Shown in pieces: positions 55,633-64,000 of a stretch of DNA of 64,000 bases (its first letter is position 1; each line of letters begins with the position of its first letter). The notes beneath the pieces are model-generated. The model was given only the letters and a program-made list of their open reading frames with translations. It was not told where the DNA came from and made no database searches. The position numbers were made by a program, and so were the translations under genes. Location: NCBI GenBank assembly GCA_027064425.1, contig JAMOPO010000003.1, positions 64,001 through 128,000 of the forward strand, read 5' to 3'. The stretch is from Methanobacteriota archaeon. Its GTDB lineage: Archaea > JAADCQ01 > Methanopyri > Methanopyrales > Methanopyraceae.

Positions 55633-56848
55633 GGCCTGCGCCAGGCGACTGGCCGAGTTGGGGATCAGGGTTTACGCCTCCGACCTCAGAACCGACGTGG
55701 ACACGTCCGACCTGGAAGAACTCGACAACGTGGAGGTGGACCTGGGGACCCACGATCTGGATAAGATCGCCGAGTGCGAGGCCGTGTACGCGTCCCCGAG
55801 CATCCCCGACGATGCCGAAATCGTTCGGAAAATCCGCGAGCTCGAGGTCCCGTTCCTCGAAGACGCGCTGACGTGGCCCGAAGAGGCCGACTTCATCGTC
55901 GTCAGCGGCACGAACGGCAAGACCACCACGGTTCACATGATCGGGCACCTGCTCGACGCCCTCGGTGTCGACCACCTGCTGGGCGGGAACGCTGGCGGCG
56001 GGTTCGACGGCTACGCGACACTCTACGTCCGCGCGGAGCTGGAGCGCCCGGACGTGGTCGTATGCGAGGTCTGCGATATGACCCTTGACTACTTCACCAC
56101 CCGAGCCCCCGGCTACGACGTGGCCGTGTTCCTGAACTTGGGGAGGGATCACCTCGACTACCACGGGTCGCTGGACCGGTACGCGGAGCGGGCGGCAAGG
56201 TTCTGCGACGAGGCCGAGGTGGCCGTGGTGAAGTGCTCAGGCCGCGAGCGTGACGTGGTGCGCTTGATGTCATCCGACCCCGTCTGCTTCGATCGACTCG
56301 ATGTGGAGCCGGAGCTGCGGCTCCGGGGCAGGTTCTACGAGCTGGACGCGAAGGCCGCGATCGCGGCGGTCTCCGAGGTCACCGGGGAGGACCCGGACGA
56401 GCTGGCCGACCTGCTGTCGGACTTCCGGGGCGTGCCGGGCAGGGTGAGGGAGTACAAGGTCGACGGGGGAGCGGTGGTGGTCGGGAAGACGGACAACCTC
56501 TCGGCGCTCCGGGCCGTCGTGCGGGATTACGGACCGCTCGACATCGTGTTCTGGGGCACCCCGAGACCGGGTGAGGACTACCGGATCCGCGGTCTGGGCC
56601 GGGTTCTCAAGGAGGCTGGCGTCGAGGAGGTACTGGTCTTTCCCGGCCTCTCGGAGGAGACCGTCCCGGACGTCCTCCGGGAGCTCGAAGGGTCGGGGTT
56701 GGAGGCCCGTGAGGTTCCCGCGGACGAGGTGGTCGAGCGGGCGCTGGAGGCGGCCAGAGAAGGGGCCCGGGTCGGCATACTAGGGAACGGTCAGCGCCGG
56801 ATCACCCGGATGCAGAGGGAGGTGGAGGAGGCGCTGGAAACGCAGTAG
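55583..56848 (+). CDS. MurD-like peptide ligase (pseudomurein pMurD type)
   Basis: VIGLGVEG, SPSIP, SGTNGKTTT, GGN.G, DHLDYHG, F.GVPGR. Confidence 0.88.
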   Translation: MSVPESIAVIGLGVEGRACARRLAELGIRVYASDLRTDVDTSDLEELDNVEVDLGTHDLDKIAECEAVYASPSIPDDAEIVRKIRELEVPFLEDALTWPEEADFIVVSGTNGKTTTVHMIGHLLDALGVDHLLGGNAGGGFDGYATLYVRAELERPDVVVCEVCDMTLDYFTTRAPGYDVAVFLNLGRDHLDYHGSLDRYAERAARFCDEAEVAVVKCSGRERDVVRLMSSDPVCFDRLDVEPELRLRGRFYELDAKAAIAAVSEVTGEDPDELADLLSDFRGVPGRVREYKVDGGAVVVGKTDNLSALRAVVRDYGPLDIVFWGTPRPGEDYRIRGLGRVLKEAGVEEVLVFPGLSEETVPDVLRELEGSGLEAREVPADEVVERALEAAREGARVGILGNGQRRITRMQREVEEALETQ

Positions 56849-56881
56849 CCTTTTGATCGTGCCCGCCCCCTCCCGACGGGG

Positions 56882-57634
56882 GTGCCGGGGGTGGGACGCG
56901 TCGAGTTCATCCGCGTGATGGACGAGGTGCCGGAGTGCGAGGTGCTGATCGAGGGGTACCCGGGCATCGGCATGGTAGGCGTAATCGCCGTGCGGCACAT
57001 GGTGATGGAGTTCGGGGCCGAGCCCGCGTTCGTGATGAAGACGGAGGACATGCCCACGGCCGCGATCGTGCACGACGGGCGCGTGTACCCCTCCGCGGGC
57101 CTGTTCGTGAGCGGTGAGGAGGGTCTCGCGTTCTTTTACTCCGAGCAGGCCGATCTGCGCCCGGGCATTGTCCAGGAGATCTCTGAGTCGGTGGCCGACC
57201 TCGCGCGCGAGGTGGGCGTGGAGACGATCGTATGCTTAGCCGGTATCAGGGCCCCGGAGCCGGAGGATGAGCCCAGCCTGTACTACGCCGCCACCTCGGA
57301 GCGGGCGGCCGAGCCGTTCAAGGACGTCGCGGAGCCGCTGGAGCGGGGCACGATCACCGGGGTCAGCGGTCCGCTGCTGCTCGAGGGGGACCTCCGCGGG
57401 CTGGAGGCCGTCTGCCTCCTCGTGGAGACCCCGGGGACGTACCCTGACCCCCGGGCCGCCTCCAAGGTGGTCGAGGCGCTGAACGAGGGGCTGGGGCTGG
57501 ACATTGATACCTCCAAGCTCGAGGAGGAGGCGGAGCGTATCGCCAAGGCGGTGGAGGAGACCATGGAGAGGATGCGCCGCGAGCGCGTGGAGGAGGAAGA
57601 GGAGGAGGCACCCACCGAGCGGATGTTCGTGTAG
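56882..57634 (+). CDS. PAC2-family proteasome assembly chaperone
   Basis: EGYPGIGMVG, PDPRAA, ID..KLEEEAE, C-terminal MFV. Confidence 0.88.
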   Translation: MPGVGRVEFIRVMDEVPECEVLIEGYPGIGMVGVIAVRHMVMEFGAEPAFVMKTEDMPTAAIVHDGRVYPSAGLFVSGEEGLAFFYSEQADLRPGIVQEISESVADLAREVGVETIVCLAGIRAPEPEDEPSLYYAATSERAAEPFKDVAEPLERGTITGVSGPLLLEGDLRGLEAVCLLVETPGTYPDPRAASKVVEALNEGLGLDIDTSKLEEEAERIAKAVEETMERMRRERVEEEEEEAPTERMFV

Positions 57635-57646
57635 GGTGGGTCGGCC

Positions 57647-58042
57647 TTGAGAATGCCCGCCATCACCGGTGTGAGCCCCCGAGTGCTCGAGCAGCTGGCC
57701 GCCGGTGGCAGCGTGCAGATCCTGATCAGGAGCAGCAACAACCTGGACGCGGTAAGGAAGCTCGAGCCGGGCGACTACGTGTTCGTGACCAGCGTTGGGA
57801 AGCGGGAGATGAAGGAGGGCGTCGAGGGGATCGTGGCCACTGTGAAGTCCATCCGGATCGTCCACGAGCGGCTCGTCTCGGGCGGGCCCGAGGAGGAACA
57901 CTTCGAGCGGGAGTTCGAGGCCGCGAGGATCGTGCTAACGAAATCGGGGCTCGGCAGCGTCCGGGAGGTGAAGGACTACGGGCTCGGGAAGCGCACCGAG
58001 GTGGAGGTAGAGCTGAGGTCGACGGTCTCAGAGGCCTACTGA
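57647..58042 (+). CDS. DUF473 family protein
   Basis: ITGVS...IRSSNN, PGDYVFVTS, EG.VA. Confidence 0.75.
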   Translation: MRMPAITGVSPRVLEQLAAGGSVQILIRSSNNLDAVRKLEPGDYVFVTSVGKREMKEGVEGIVATVKSIRIVHERLVSGGPEEEHFEREFEAARIVLTKSGLGSVREVKDYGLGKRTEVEVELRSTVSEAY

Positions 58043-58052
58043 GGGGTAGGGG

Positions 58053-58841
58053 ATGATCCGCTGGCTCGCGGCCTTCCTGGCGGCCCTTACGCTGCTGGCC
58101 CCTGCCATCATCGCCGTGCGCGACGCCGAGCAGGCGGCCGCGTACGCGAACTCGGTACGACAGCGAATGGGCTGGAAACCGCTGCCGCCGGACCTGCTCC
58201 CCTACTGCGACATGCTCGACGTGGTCACGTGCCGGGTCGGCGGCGTCCCCGTCGCCAAGCTCTTCATCTACCCGCCGCTCAGGCCGGTCACGATCCCCCG
58301 GGTGGCGCCGGGAGAGCGCGAAATCGACGTCGTGAGGGACATCGCCCGCTTCGTCTCCGACACCATGACGTACGACGTGTGCTCCGAGCCGTCGCAGTAC
58401 ACCCCGGACGTGCTCGAGAGGACCGTGGGTCAGCTGCTGCTCACCGGACACTGGCGGGGCGCGTGCGGCACGGCCGCGTACCTGTTCTCGTACCTGTGCA
58501 GGTGCTACGGCATCCCGACCCGGATCGTTCTGATCGAGCCCTCGGGCGTTCCCACCGTGGTACCCGGCACCCGGGTGGCACCGGCCCGAGTGATGCTTCA
58601 CGCCCAGGTTCAGGTGTGGGTGGACGGTCGATGGATCACCGTGGATCCCTCCGTCGGCATCGTGGGCGACTCCGACAAGCCCGTGAAGGGGAGCAGAGTC
58701 CGCCCGGACGGCACCGTGCTCCAGACGCCCGGAGTCCGCCGGTGGATGGTCGAGTCGCAGGGGCCGGTCGTCTTCTGGACGAACCTCACCGCCCTCGCCC
58801 GGTACGTTCTCCGGCTGTCCGAGGGCATCAGTGCTTCTTGA
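58053..58841 (+). CDS. Secreted transglutaminase-like cysteine enzyme
   Basis: Signal peptide; GAC...A.LF..LCR.YGIPTR; HAQVQVWVDGRWITVDPS. Confidence 0.85.
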   Translation: MIRWLAAFLAALTLLAPAIIAVRDAEQAAAYANSVRQRMGWKPLPPDLLPYCDMLDVVTCRVGGVPVAKLFIYPPLRPVTIPRVAPGEREIDVVRDIARFVSDTMTYDVCSEPSQYTPDVLERTVGQLLLTGHWRGACGTAAYLFSYLCRCYGIPTRIVLIEPSGVPTVVPGTRVAPARVMLHAQVQVWVDGRWITVDPSVGIVGDSDKPVKGSRVRPDGTVLQTPGVRRWMVESQGPVVFWTNLTALARYVLRLSEGISAS

Positions 58842-60657
58842 GGATCTCCTCGTAGATCCTTCGGACCTTCTTGATCGTGTCCGCATCCTCCGGGCCCAGG
58901 TCCTCCCTGACCCGGACCAGCCTCGGGAACCGCAGGGCGAACCCGGACGAGTACTTCGGGCTCTTTTGGATGTCCTCGAACTCGACCTCGAACACGATCT
59001 CCGGCTTGAACCGGACCTCGCGCCCGGACTCCTCGACCACCAGATCCTTCTCCTCGACGAACAGCTTGGTCAGTCGCTCGAGCGTCTCGTCGTCCATTCC
59101 CGTCCCGACCTTACCCACCTCTAGCAGCTTCTCCTTGTTCTCATCCCACACGGCCAGCAGGTACGAGCCGATCAGTCCCTTCCGCTTGCCCTTGCCCCAG
59201 ATACCACCGACGACCACGCAGTCCAGCGTCTCGAGCACCGGCTTGACCTTGAGCATCTTCTTCCCGCGGACGCCCGGCGTGTAGTCCGCGCTCAGGTCCT
59301 TCACCATCACGCCCTCGTGACCCATCTCCAGCGCCTCGTGGAACATCTCCGCCGCCTCCTTCGGGTCGTCGGTGATGAGCTGGTCCACGAGCATCACTTT
59401 GCCCTCCTGCTCGTTCACGATCTCCTCCAGGCGCCGGCGGCGCTCCTCGAACGGCGCGTCCACCAGGGACTCACCGTCCACGTACAGGCAGTCGAACAGG
59501 TACAGCTCGACCGGGATCTCGCGCCGGACCTCCTCGATGTCGTACTTCCGCTTGATCCGGTGCAGCAGCTCCTGGAACGGTCGCGGCTTGCCGGTCTCCG
59601 GGTCGATCGCGACCGCCTCTCCCTCCAGGATGAACTCGTCCGCGTCCACGCACTCCTTGACCGCCTCCACGAGGTCCGGCAGCGCGTGCGTCACGTCCTC
59701 GATCCGGCGCGTGTAGACGCGTACTTCCTCACCGTCCGAGTGCACCTGCACCCGGGCGCCGTCCAGCTTGATCTCAACCGCTCCCTTACCGCCCACCTCC
59801 GCCAGCGCCTCCTTCACGTTCCGCGCCGCCTGCGCGAGCATCGGCTTGATCGGCCGCATCGGCTTCAGGTCGATCTGCTTCAGCCCCTCCTCACCCTCCG
59901 TCGCCGCGACCTTGGCCACCAAGCCGATGTCGTTGGAGAGCATGTGCGCCCGCTCGACCAGCTTCTTGCTGACGCCGAACGCCTGAGAGATGGCCTCCTC
60001 GACCGTGTTCTCGCGCACGCCGGTGCGCAGCTCCTCCAGCACCTGCCGGACCAGGTACCGCGCCTCCTTCGGTCGGGCCCGGGCCAGCAGCCCCATCAGC
60101 AGCCTCATCTTCCGCTTGACCGCTCCCTCCCCCTCCACCTCCGCGACCTTTTCGAACGTCTCTCGCACCTCCTGAACGGTCAGCGGCTGCGAGGAGAATA
60201 GCGTGGACGTCTTCTTCCTCCTCAACAGCTCCTCGGCCACCGAGCCCAGGTCGCCCAGCTGCTTGAACAGCTCCGTCACCTCGGACTCGGAGGCGCCCGT
60301 CGCCTGCGCGATCGTCTTCTGCATCAGCTTGGTACCGATGCCCAGCTCCCGCGAGTCCCAGCCCGGGAAGACCTGGTTGGCCAGGAAGACGGCCACCGTG
60401 TCGAGCGCGTCCTCAGGGCACTGCCGCAGGAACTGAGCGATGAGCGCGATCTTCGCCTTTCGGGAGCTGATCCGCTCCAGCCGCTCGAACGCCTCCGCCA
60501 GCGAGGAGTAGTACACGTCCCCATCCGTGGTCTTAACCTCCAGGCTGGGCGAGGGCTCACGCTCCCTTCTCTCCTTCTCCTCCTTACCCTTACCCTTGGG
60601 AGGAGAGGTTATGAACGAGTCCAGCCTGCGCGAGCCCGGGGGGCGCGTCCGGGCCAC
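58828..60657 (-). CDS. lig: ATP-dependent DNA ligase
   Basis: EIKLDGARVQVH, EGE, FDCLY, EGVMVK, ALRFPRL.RVRED. Confidence 0.97.
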   Translation of the reverse strand: MARTRPPGSRRLDSFITSPPKGKGKEEKERREREPSPSLEVKTTDGDVYYSSLAEAFERLERISSRKAKIALIAQFLRQCPEDALDTVAVFLANQVFPGWDSRELGIGTKLMQKTIAQATGASESEVTELFKQLGDLGSVAEELLRRKKTSTLFSSQPLTVQEVRETFEKVAEVEGEGAVKRKMRLLMGLLARARPKEARYLVRQVLEELRTGVRENTVEEAISQAFGVSKKLVERAHMLSNDIGLVAKVAATEGEEGLKQIDLKPMRPIKPMLAQAARNVKEALAEVGGKGAVEIKLDGARVQVHSDGEEVRVYTRRIEDVTHALPDLVEAVKECVDADEFILEGEAVAIDPETGKPRPFQELLHRIKRKYDIEEVRREIPVELYLFDCLYVDGESLVDAPFEERRRRLEEIVNEQEGKVMLVDQLITDDPKEAAEMFHEALEMGHEGVMVKDLSADYTPGVRGKKMLKVKPVLETLDCVVVGGIWGKGKRKGLIGSYLLAVWDENKEKLLEVGKVGTGMDDETLERLTKLFVEEKDLVVEESGREVRFKPEIVFEVEFEDIQKSPKYSSGFALRFPRLVRVREDLGPEDADTIKKVRRIYEEILKKH

Positions 60658-60731
60658 GATCCACTCCCCCCGATCACCCGTGTTCGAGCCGTAAAAAACG
60701 CATTCGCGATCGGTCGGGCGGCACTCGCGCC

Positions 60732-61634
60732 ATGGTGATGGTGGAACGGGTGGTCCAGGCGTTCCCGCAGATGGAGCCGGAGGACTTCAAGGTCCTTCGC
60801 GCCCTGGAGCTCGAGATGCGCCACCACGAGTGGGTCCCGTTCGAGCGCCTGCTCGAGCGGACGGGGTTCGACGAGAAGGAGCTCGGCTACCGGCTCTCCC
60901 GGCTGGACCGGTGGGACATGATCATCCGAACGCGGCGTGAGACGGTCGGCTACCTCGGTTACCAGCTACGCCCGGAGGGGTACGACGCCCTCGCGCTCCG
61001 CGTCCTGGTGGAGGAGGGCATCATCGAGGGTCTAGGGCCCGAGATCGGCGTGGGCAAGGAGGCGGACGTGTACCTGGGCATCTCGCCCAAGGGCGTCGAG
61101 CTGGCGGTCAAGTTCAACCGGATCGGGCGGACGAGCTACACCAAGATCAAGCGCTACCGGGAGTACGTGAAGGATAAGCGCCACATCTCCTGGCTCTACG
61201 TCAACCGGCTGACCGCCGAGCGGGAGTTCGAGGCGCTCCTGCACCTGTACCCGGAGGGCGTGCCCGTGCCGCGGCCCGTTTACCAGAACCGGCACGTGCT
61301 GGTCATGACGAAGTTCGATGGAAAGGAGCTGGCGGAGACCCGCGTCGACGACCCGGAGCGGGTCCTCCGGGAGATCCTGGACGCTTACCATCAGGCCCTC
61401 GAGGTGGGAGTAGTCCACGGGGACCTGAGCCAGTTCAACATCGTGGTCGAGAACGACGGCAGCGTGCTCCTGATCGACTGGGCGCACTGGGTGGACCTCA
61501 GTCACCCGTCCGCGTCCGAGCTGATCGAGCGGGACGTCCGAAACGTGTGCGAGTACTTCCGGCGAAAGTACAGAATCTCGGTAGACTACCGGGAGTTCCT
61601 GCCGGATGAGGAGGTTTACGGGGATCGAGGGTAG
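60732..61634 (+). CDS. rio2: RIO2 kinase
   Basis: N-terminal wHTH, GVGKEADVY, HGDLSQFN, IDW. Confidence 0.93.
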   Translation: MVMVERVVQAFPQMEPEDFKVLRALELEMRHHEWVPFERLLERTGFDEKELGYRLSRLDRWDMIIRTRRETVGYLGYQLRPEGYDALALRVLVEEGIIEGLGPEIGVGKEADVYLGISPKGVELAVKFNRIGRTSYTKIKRYREYVKDKRHISWLYVNRLTAEREFEALLHLYPEGVPVPRPVYQNRHVLVMTKFDGKELAETRVDDPERVLREILDAYHQALEVGVVHGDLSQFNIVVENDGSVLLIDWAHWVDLSHPSASELIERDVRNVCEYFRRKYRISVDYREFLPDEEVYGDRG

Positions 61635-61750
61635 TCCCCGATGAGAGGGTGGCCCGTTACCGACGGCGGGTTGGCGGATCGGCGACACCTGCGCCCGTCT
61701 CGCAACCGTAAAAAGCGTCCGCCGGCGAGGGGCTGCCGGGGCGGCCGCGG

Positions 61751-62650
61751 ATGCCGATCGAGATCGACCTGGACTCCTGCCTGCTCTGCGAGGCCTGCGT
61801 CGCGGCCTGCCCGACCGGGGCCATCCGACGGGAAGATGACGACATGAACCACTGCATCGTGTGCGGAGCCTGCGCCAAGGCGTGCCCCAACGACGCGCTG
61901 GAGGTGGAGGACCTCGAGCGGGAGATCGACGGCGAGACGGCCGAGGTCAAGCGGATCGGCTGGCGGCCCGAGGAGTGCGAGAAGGAGGAGCCGCCGATCT
62001 GCGGTGAGCACTGCCCGCAGGAGATCCTGCGCATCGAGGACGGGTACCCCGAGCTGAAGGGCTTCTGCGTGATGTGCCTGCGGTGCATGGAGACGTGCCC
62101 GATCGACGCGATCGGCGTCAAGGGCGTCGTCGAGCCCAAGTCCGAGCCGCCGGAGCACCCGGAGGACAAGGAGGTGTACGTGCACCCGGACCGGTGCGTC
62201 GGCTGCGCCTACTGCGTGCAGGTCTGCCCGAACGACGCGATCGAGCTGGTTTCGACCGACGAGGAGTTCTTCAAGGCCGAGGAGAACGAGTGGTCCCCAG
62301 TGTACGTGGACCCCGAGACGCTCGAGCTCAAGCAGGGGCGTAAGGTCGCCAGGATCGATGAGGACAAGTGCGCCGGCTGCACCCTGTGCGCCCAAGTGTG
62401 CCCGTGGGGCGCGATCACGGCCTCGCGGGAGGTCCCGGTTCAGCCCCGGGAGGTCGAGAACGAGGTGGATGAGGATGCCTGCGTCGGCTGCGGGGTCTGC
62501 GCCGAGGTCTGCCCGGGCAACCTCATCGAGGTGGACGGAGTGGCCAAGGTGCCCGAGAAGTGCCCCGCGTGCAAGCTCTGCGAGCGAGCGTGCCCGGTGG
62601 ACGCCATCAAGGTCAACGTCACCTACGAGCGCGCCGGAACCATGAAGTAA
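61751..62650 (+). CDS. Polyferredoxin (MvhB-like)
   Basis: About 8 CxxCxxCxxxCP-type motifs; KGFCVMC..C...CP. Confidence 0.9.
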   Translation: MPIEIDLDSCLLCEACVAACPTGAIRREDDDMNHCIVCGACAKACPNDALEVEDLEREIDGETAEVKRIGWRPEECEKEEPPICGEHCPQEILRIEDGYPELKGFCVMCLRCMETCPIDAIGVKGVVEPKSEPPEHPEDKEVYVHPDRCVGCAYCVQVCPNDAIELVSTDEEFFKAEENEWSPVYVDPETLELKQGRKVARIDEDKCAGCTLCAQVCPWGAITASREVPVQPREVENEVDEDACVGCGVCAEVCPGNLIEVDGVAKVPEKCPACKLCERACPVDAIKVNVTYERAGTMK

Positions 62651-62681
62651 CGCCCCGTCCGCTCCCCCACCAGGGCGCTCC

Positions 62682-63476
62682 ATGAGGATCGGCTCGTACC
62701 AGCTCGGAGGCTCCTACCGCCCCGCGGTCTTCACGGACGACGGGGTGAAGGTGTACCAGGCCTCCTTCCGCGAGTTCCTCCAGGCCGCCCACTCCGGCGA
62801 TCTCGACGACCTAGACTACCAGCGAGTCCCCCTCCGCGAGGGCAGGATCGGTCCCCCGGTCCCCCGGCCGCCGAAGATCATCTGCTTCGGGCTGAACTAC
62901 CGGGAGCACGTCGAGGAGCTGCGAGAGATGGGAATGGAGGTCCCGGAGAAGCCGGTGATGACCATGAAGGCGCCCACCGCCGTCATCGGCCACCTGGACA
63001 CCGTCGTGATCCCGCGCGATGTGGGCCGCGTCGATCACGAGCTGGAGCTCGCGGTCGTGATCGGCGAGCGCTGCCGCCGAGTCTCCCCGGAGGAGGCTCG
63101 GGACGTTGTCTTGGGCTTCACGATCATCAACGACGTGACGGCCCGCGACGTCGAGCGGGAGGAGGGCCAGTGGGTCCGGGCCAAGAGCTACGACACGTTC
63201 GCGCCCATGGGCCCCTGGATCGAGACGGAGCTTGAGCCCGAGAGCCTGGACATGCGCCTCGAGGTCAACGGTGAGGTCCGGCAGCGGGCCAACACGGACG
63301 ACATGGTCATGGACCCGTACGAGCTCGTCGCGTACACCTCACAGGTGATGACGCTCGAGCCCGGGGACGTGATCGCGACGGGCACGCCACCCGGCGTCGG
63401 GCCCATGGAACCCGAGGACAAGGTCGAGCTGACCATCGAGGGCATCGGCACGCTGACTCACTACGTGGGCAGGTAG
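62682..63476 (+). CDS. Fumarylacetoacetate hydrolase family protein
   Basis: KIICFGLNY..H, DHELEL, NDVTARD, AKSYDTF.P.GP, TGTP.GVG. Confidence 0.93.
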   Translation: MRIGSYQLGGSYRPAVFTDDGVKVYQASFREFLQAAHSGDLDDLDYQRVPLREGRIGPPVPRPPKIICFGLNYREHVEELREMGMEVPEKPVMTMKAPTAVIGHLDTVVIPRDVGRVDHELELAVVIGERCRRVSPEEARDVVLGFTIINDVTARDVEREEGQWVRAKSYDTFAPMGPWIETELEPESLDMRLEVNGEVRQRANTDDMVMDPYELVAYTSQVMTLEPGDVIATGTPPGVGPMEPEDKVELTIEGIGTLTHYVGR

Positions 63477-63538
63477 GGTGTCGGCAATCCTGTCAGTCGT
63501 CATCCGCACGCTCAGCCCTGGCCGCTCGTCATCCACCC
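63476..63538 (-). ncRNA. Box C/D sRNA overlapping the tiaS stop codon
   Basis: gggtg-GATGA-cgagcggccaggg-CTGA-gcgtgc-GGATGA-cgactgacaggattg-CCGA-caccc. Confidence 0.85.
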
Positions 63539-64000
63539 TCCCGGATCGGGGAGGGCTCCAGCAGGCCCAGATCCACGAGGTACTCCGGCTTGGACAGGTG
63601 CCGCCGGGCCGCGGGGGGCGCCTCGTAAACCCGGCCCTCGACCAGCTCCCGAGGCACCTCCATCCGGACCTTGGCGTCCTCCGGCGCCCAGTCACCGCAG
63701 CGCCTGCACTTGAACCCTTTCCCCCGCCCGGCCGAGCTCATTCTCCGCTCACACCTACCGCAGATGGGTCGAATCTCCCGCTCCTCTCGGGCCAACTCCA
63801 ACGGGAGGAGCTTCTCAACGTTGATCGTCCTGGGATGCTTCGGCGTCTCGGGCCTCACCGCGCCCGCCACCCGGATGACGTCGCCCGGCCGCAGCGCCTC
63901 CACGACCTCCGTCAGCGGCCTCGCCGGGGCGAACGCCGCCAGGTCGACCCGGTTCCCGTCCTCGTCCTCGCACGGGACGACCACGTGTCCCCCGCGAATT
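63529..64000 (-). CDS. tiaS: tRNA(Ile2) agmatinylcytidine synthetase, C-terminal part (5' end outside the window)
   Basis: GGHV OB-fold, TINVEKL, CxxC..MSSAG...FKCxxC, RRHLSKP. Confidence 0.9.
   Translation of the reverse strand, partial: IRGGHVVVPCEDEDGNRVDLAAFAPARPLTEVVEALRPGDVIRVAGAVRPETPKHPRTINVEKLLPLELAREEREIRPICGRCERRMSSAGRGKGFKCRRCGDWAPEDAKVRMEVPRELVEGRVYEAPPAARRHLSKPEYLVDLGLLEPSPIREGG

Noticed and set aside
1-64000. CRISPR array, IS/integrase, inteins, selenocysteine readthrough
   Set aside because: I saw no regular repeats or transposase motifs. PolB, MCM and Lhr are of normal length. No conserved domain is interrupted by TGA.

Overview
This is a GC-rich, very gene-dense archaeal chromosome segment, most likely from Methanopyrus. 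The evidence is a tRNA-Arg gene encoding C8 instead of U8, pseudomurein-type MurD/MurG homologues, CofE, class I LysRS and an acidic proteome. It holds about 60 CDSs, mostly housekeeping (polB, lhr, mcm, lig, gatB, lysS, fbp, thrC, mvk, rio2, tiaS, several radical SAM enzymes), plus SRP RNA, tRNA-Arg(TCG) and 5-6 box C/D sRNAs in short intergenic gaps. I saw no CRISPR array, IS element or integrase. The best leads are: (1) genes whose N-termini lack ATG/GTG/TTG but have ACG or CTG at the correct Shine-Dalgarno spacing, each one C-to-U away from a canonical start; (2) a ~450-nt structured non-coding region between a divergent RadA paralog and a degenerate MCM-like gene; (3) an orphan Csm6-like CARF-HEPN gene coupled to RNase Z; (4) a shared 10-5-10 palindrome directly 3' of both SRP RNA and tRNA-Arg; (5) two secreted Cys-His-Asp enzymes that may be pseudomurein hydrolases. 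All calls come from motif recognition by eye; no searches were run.
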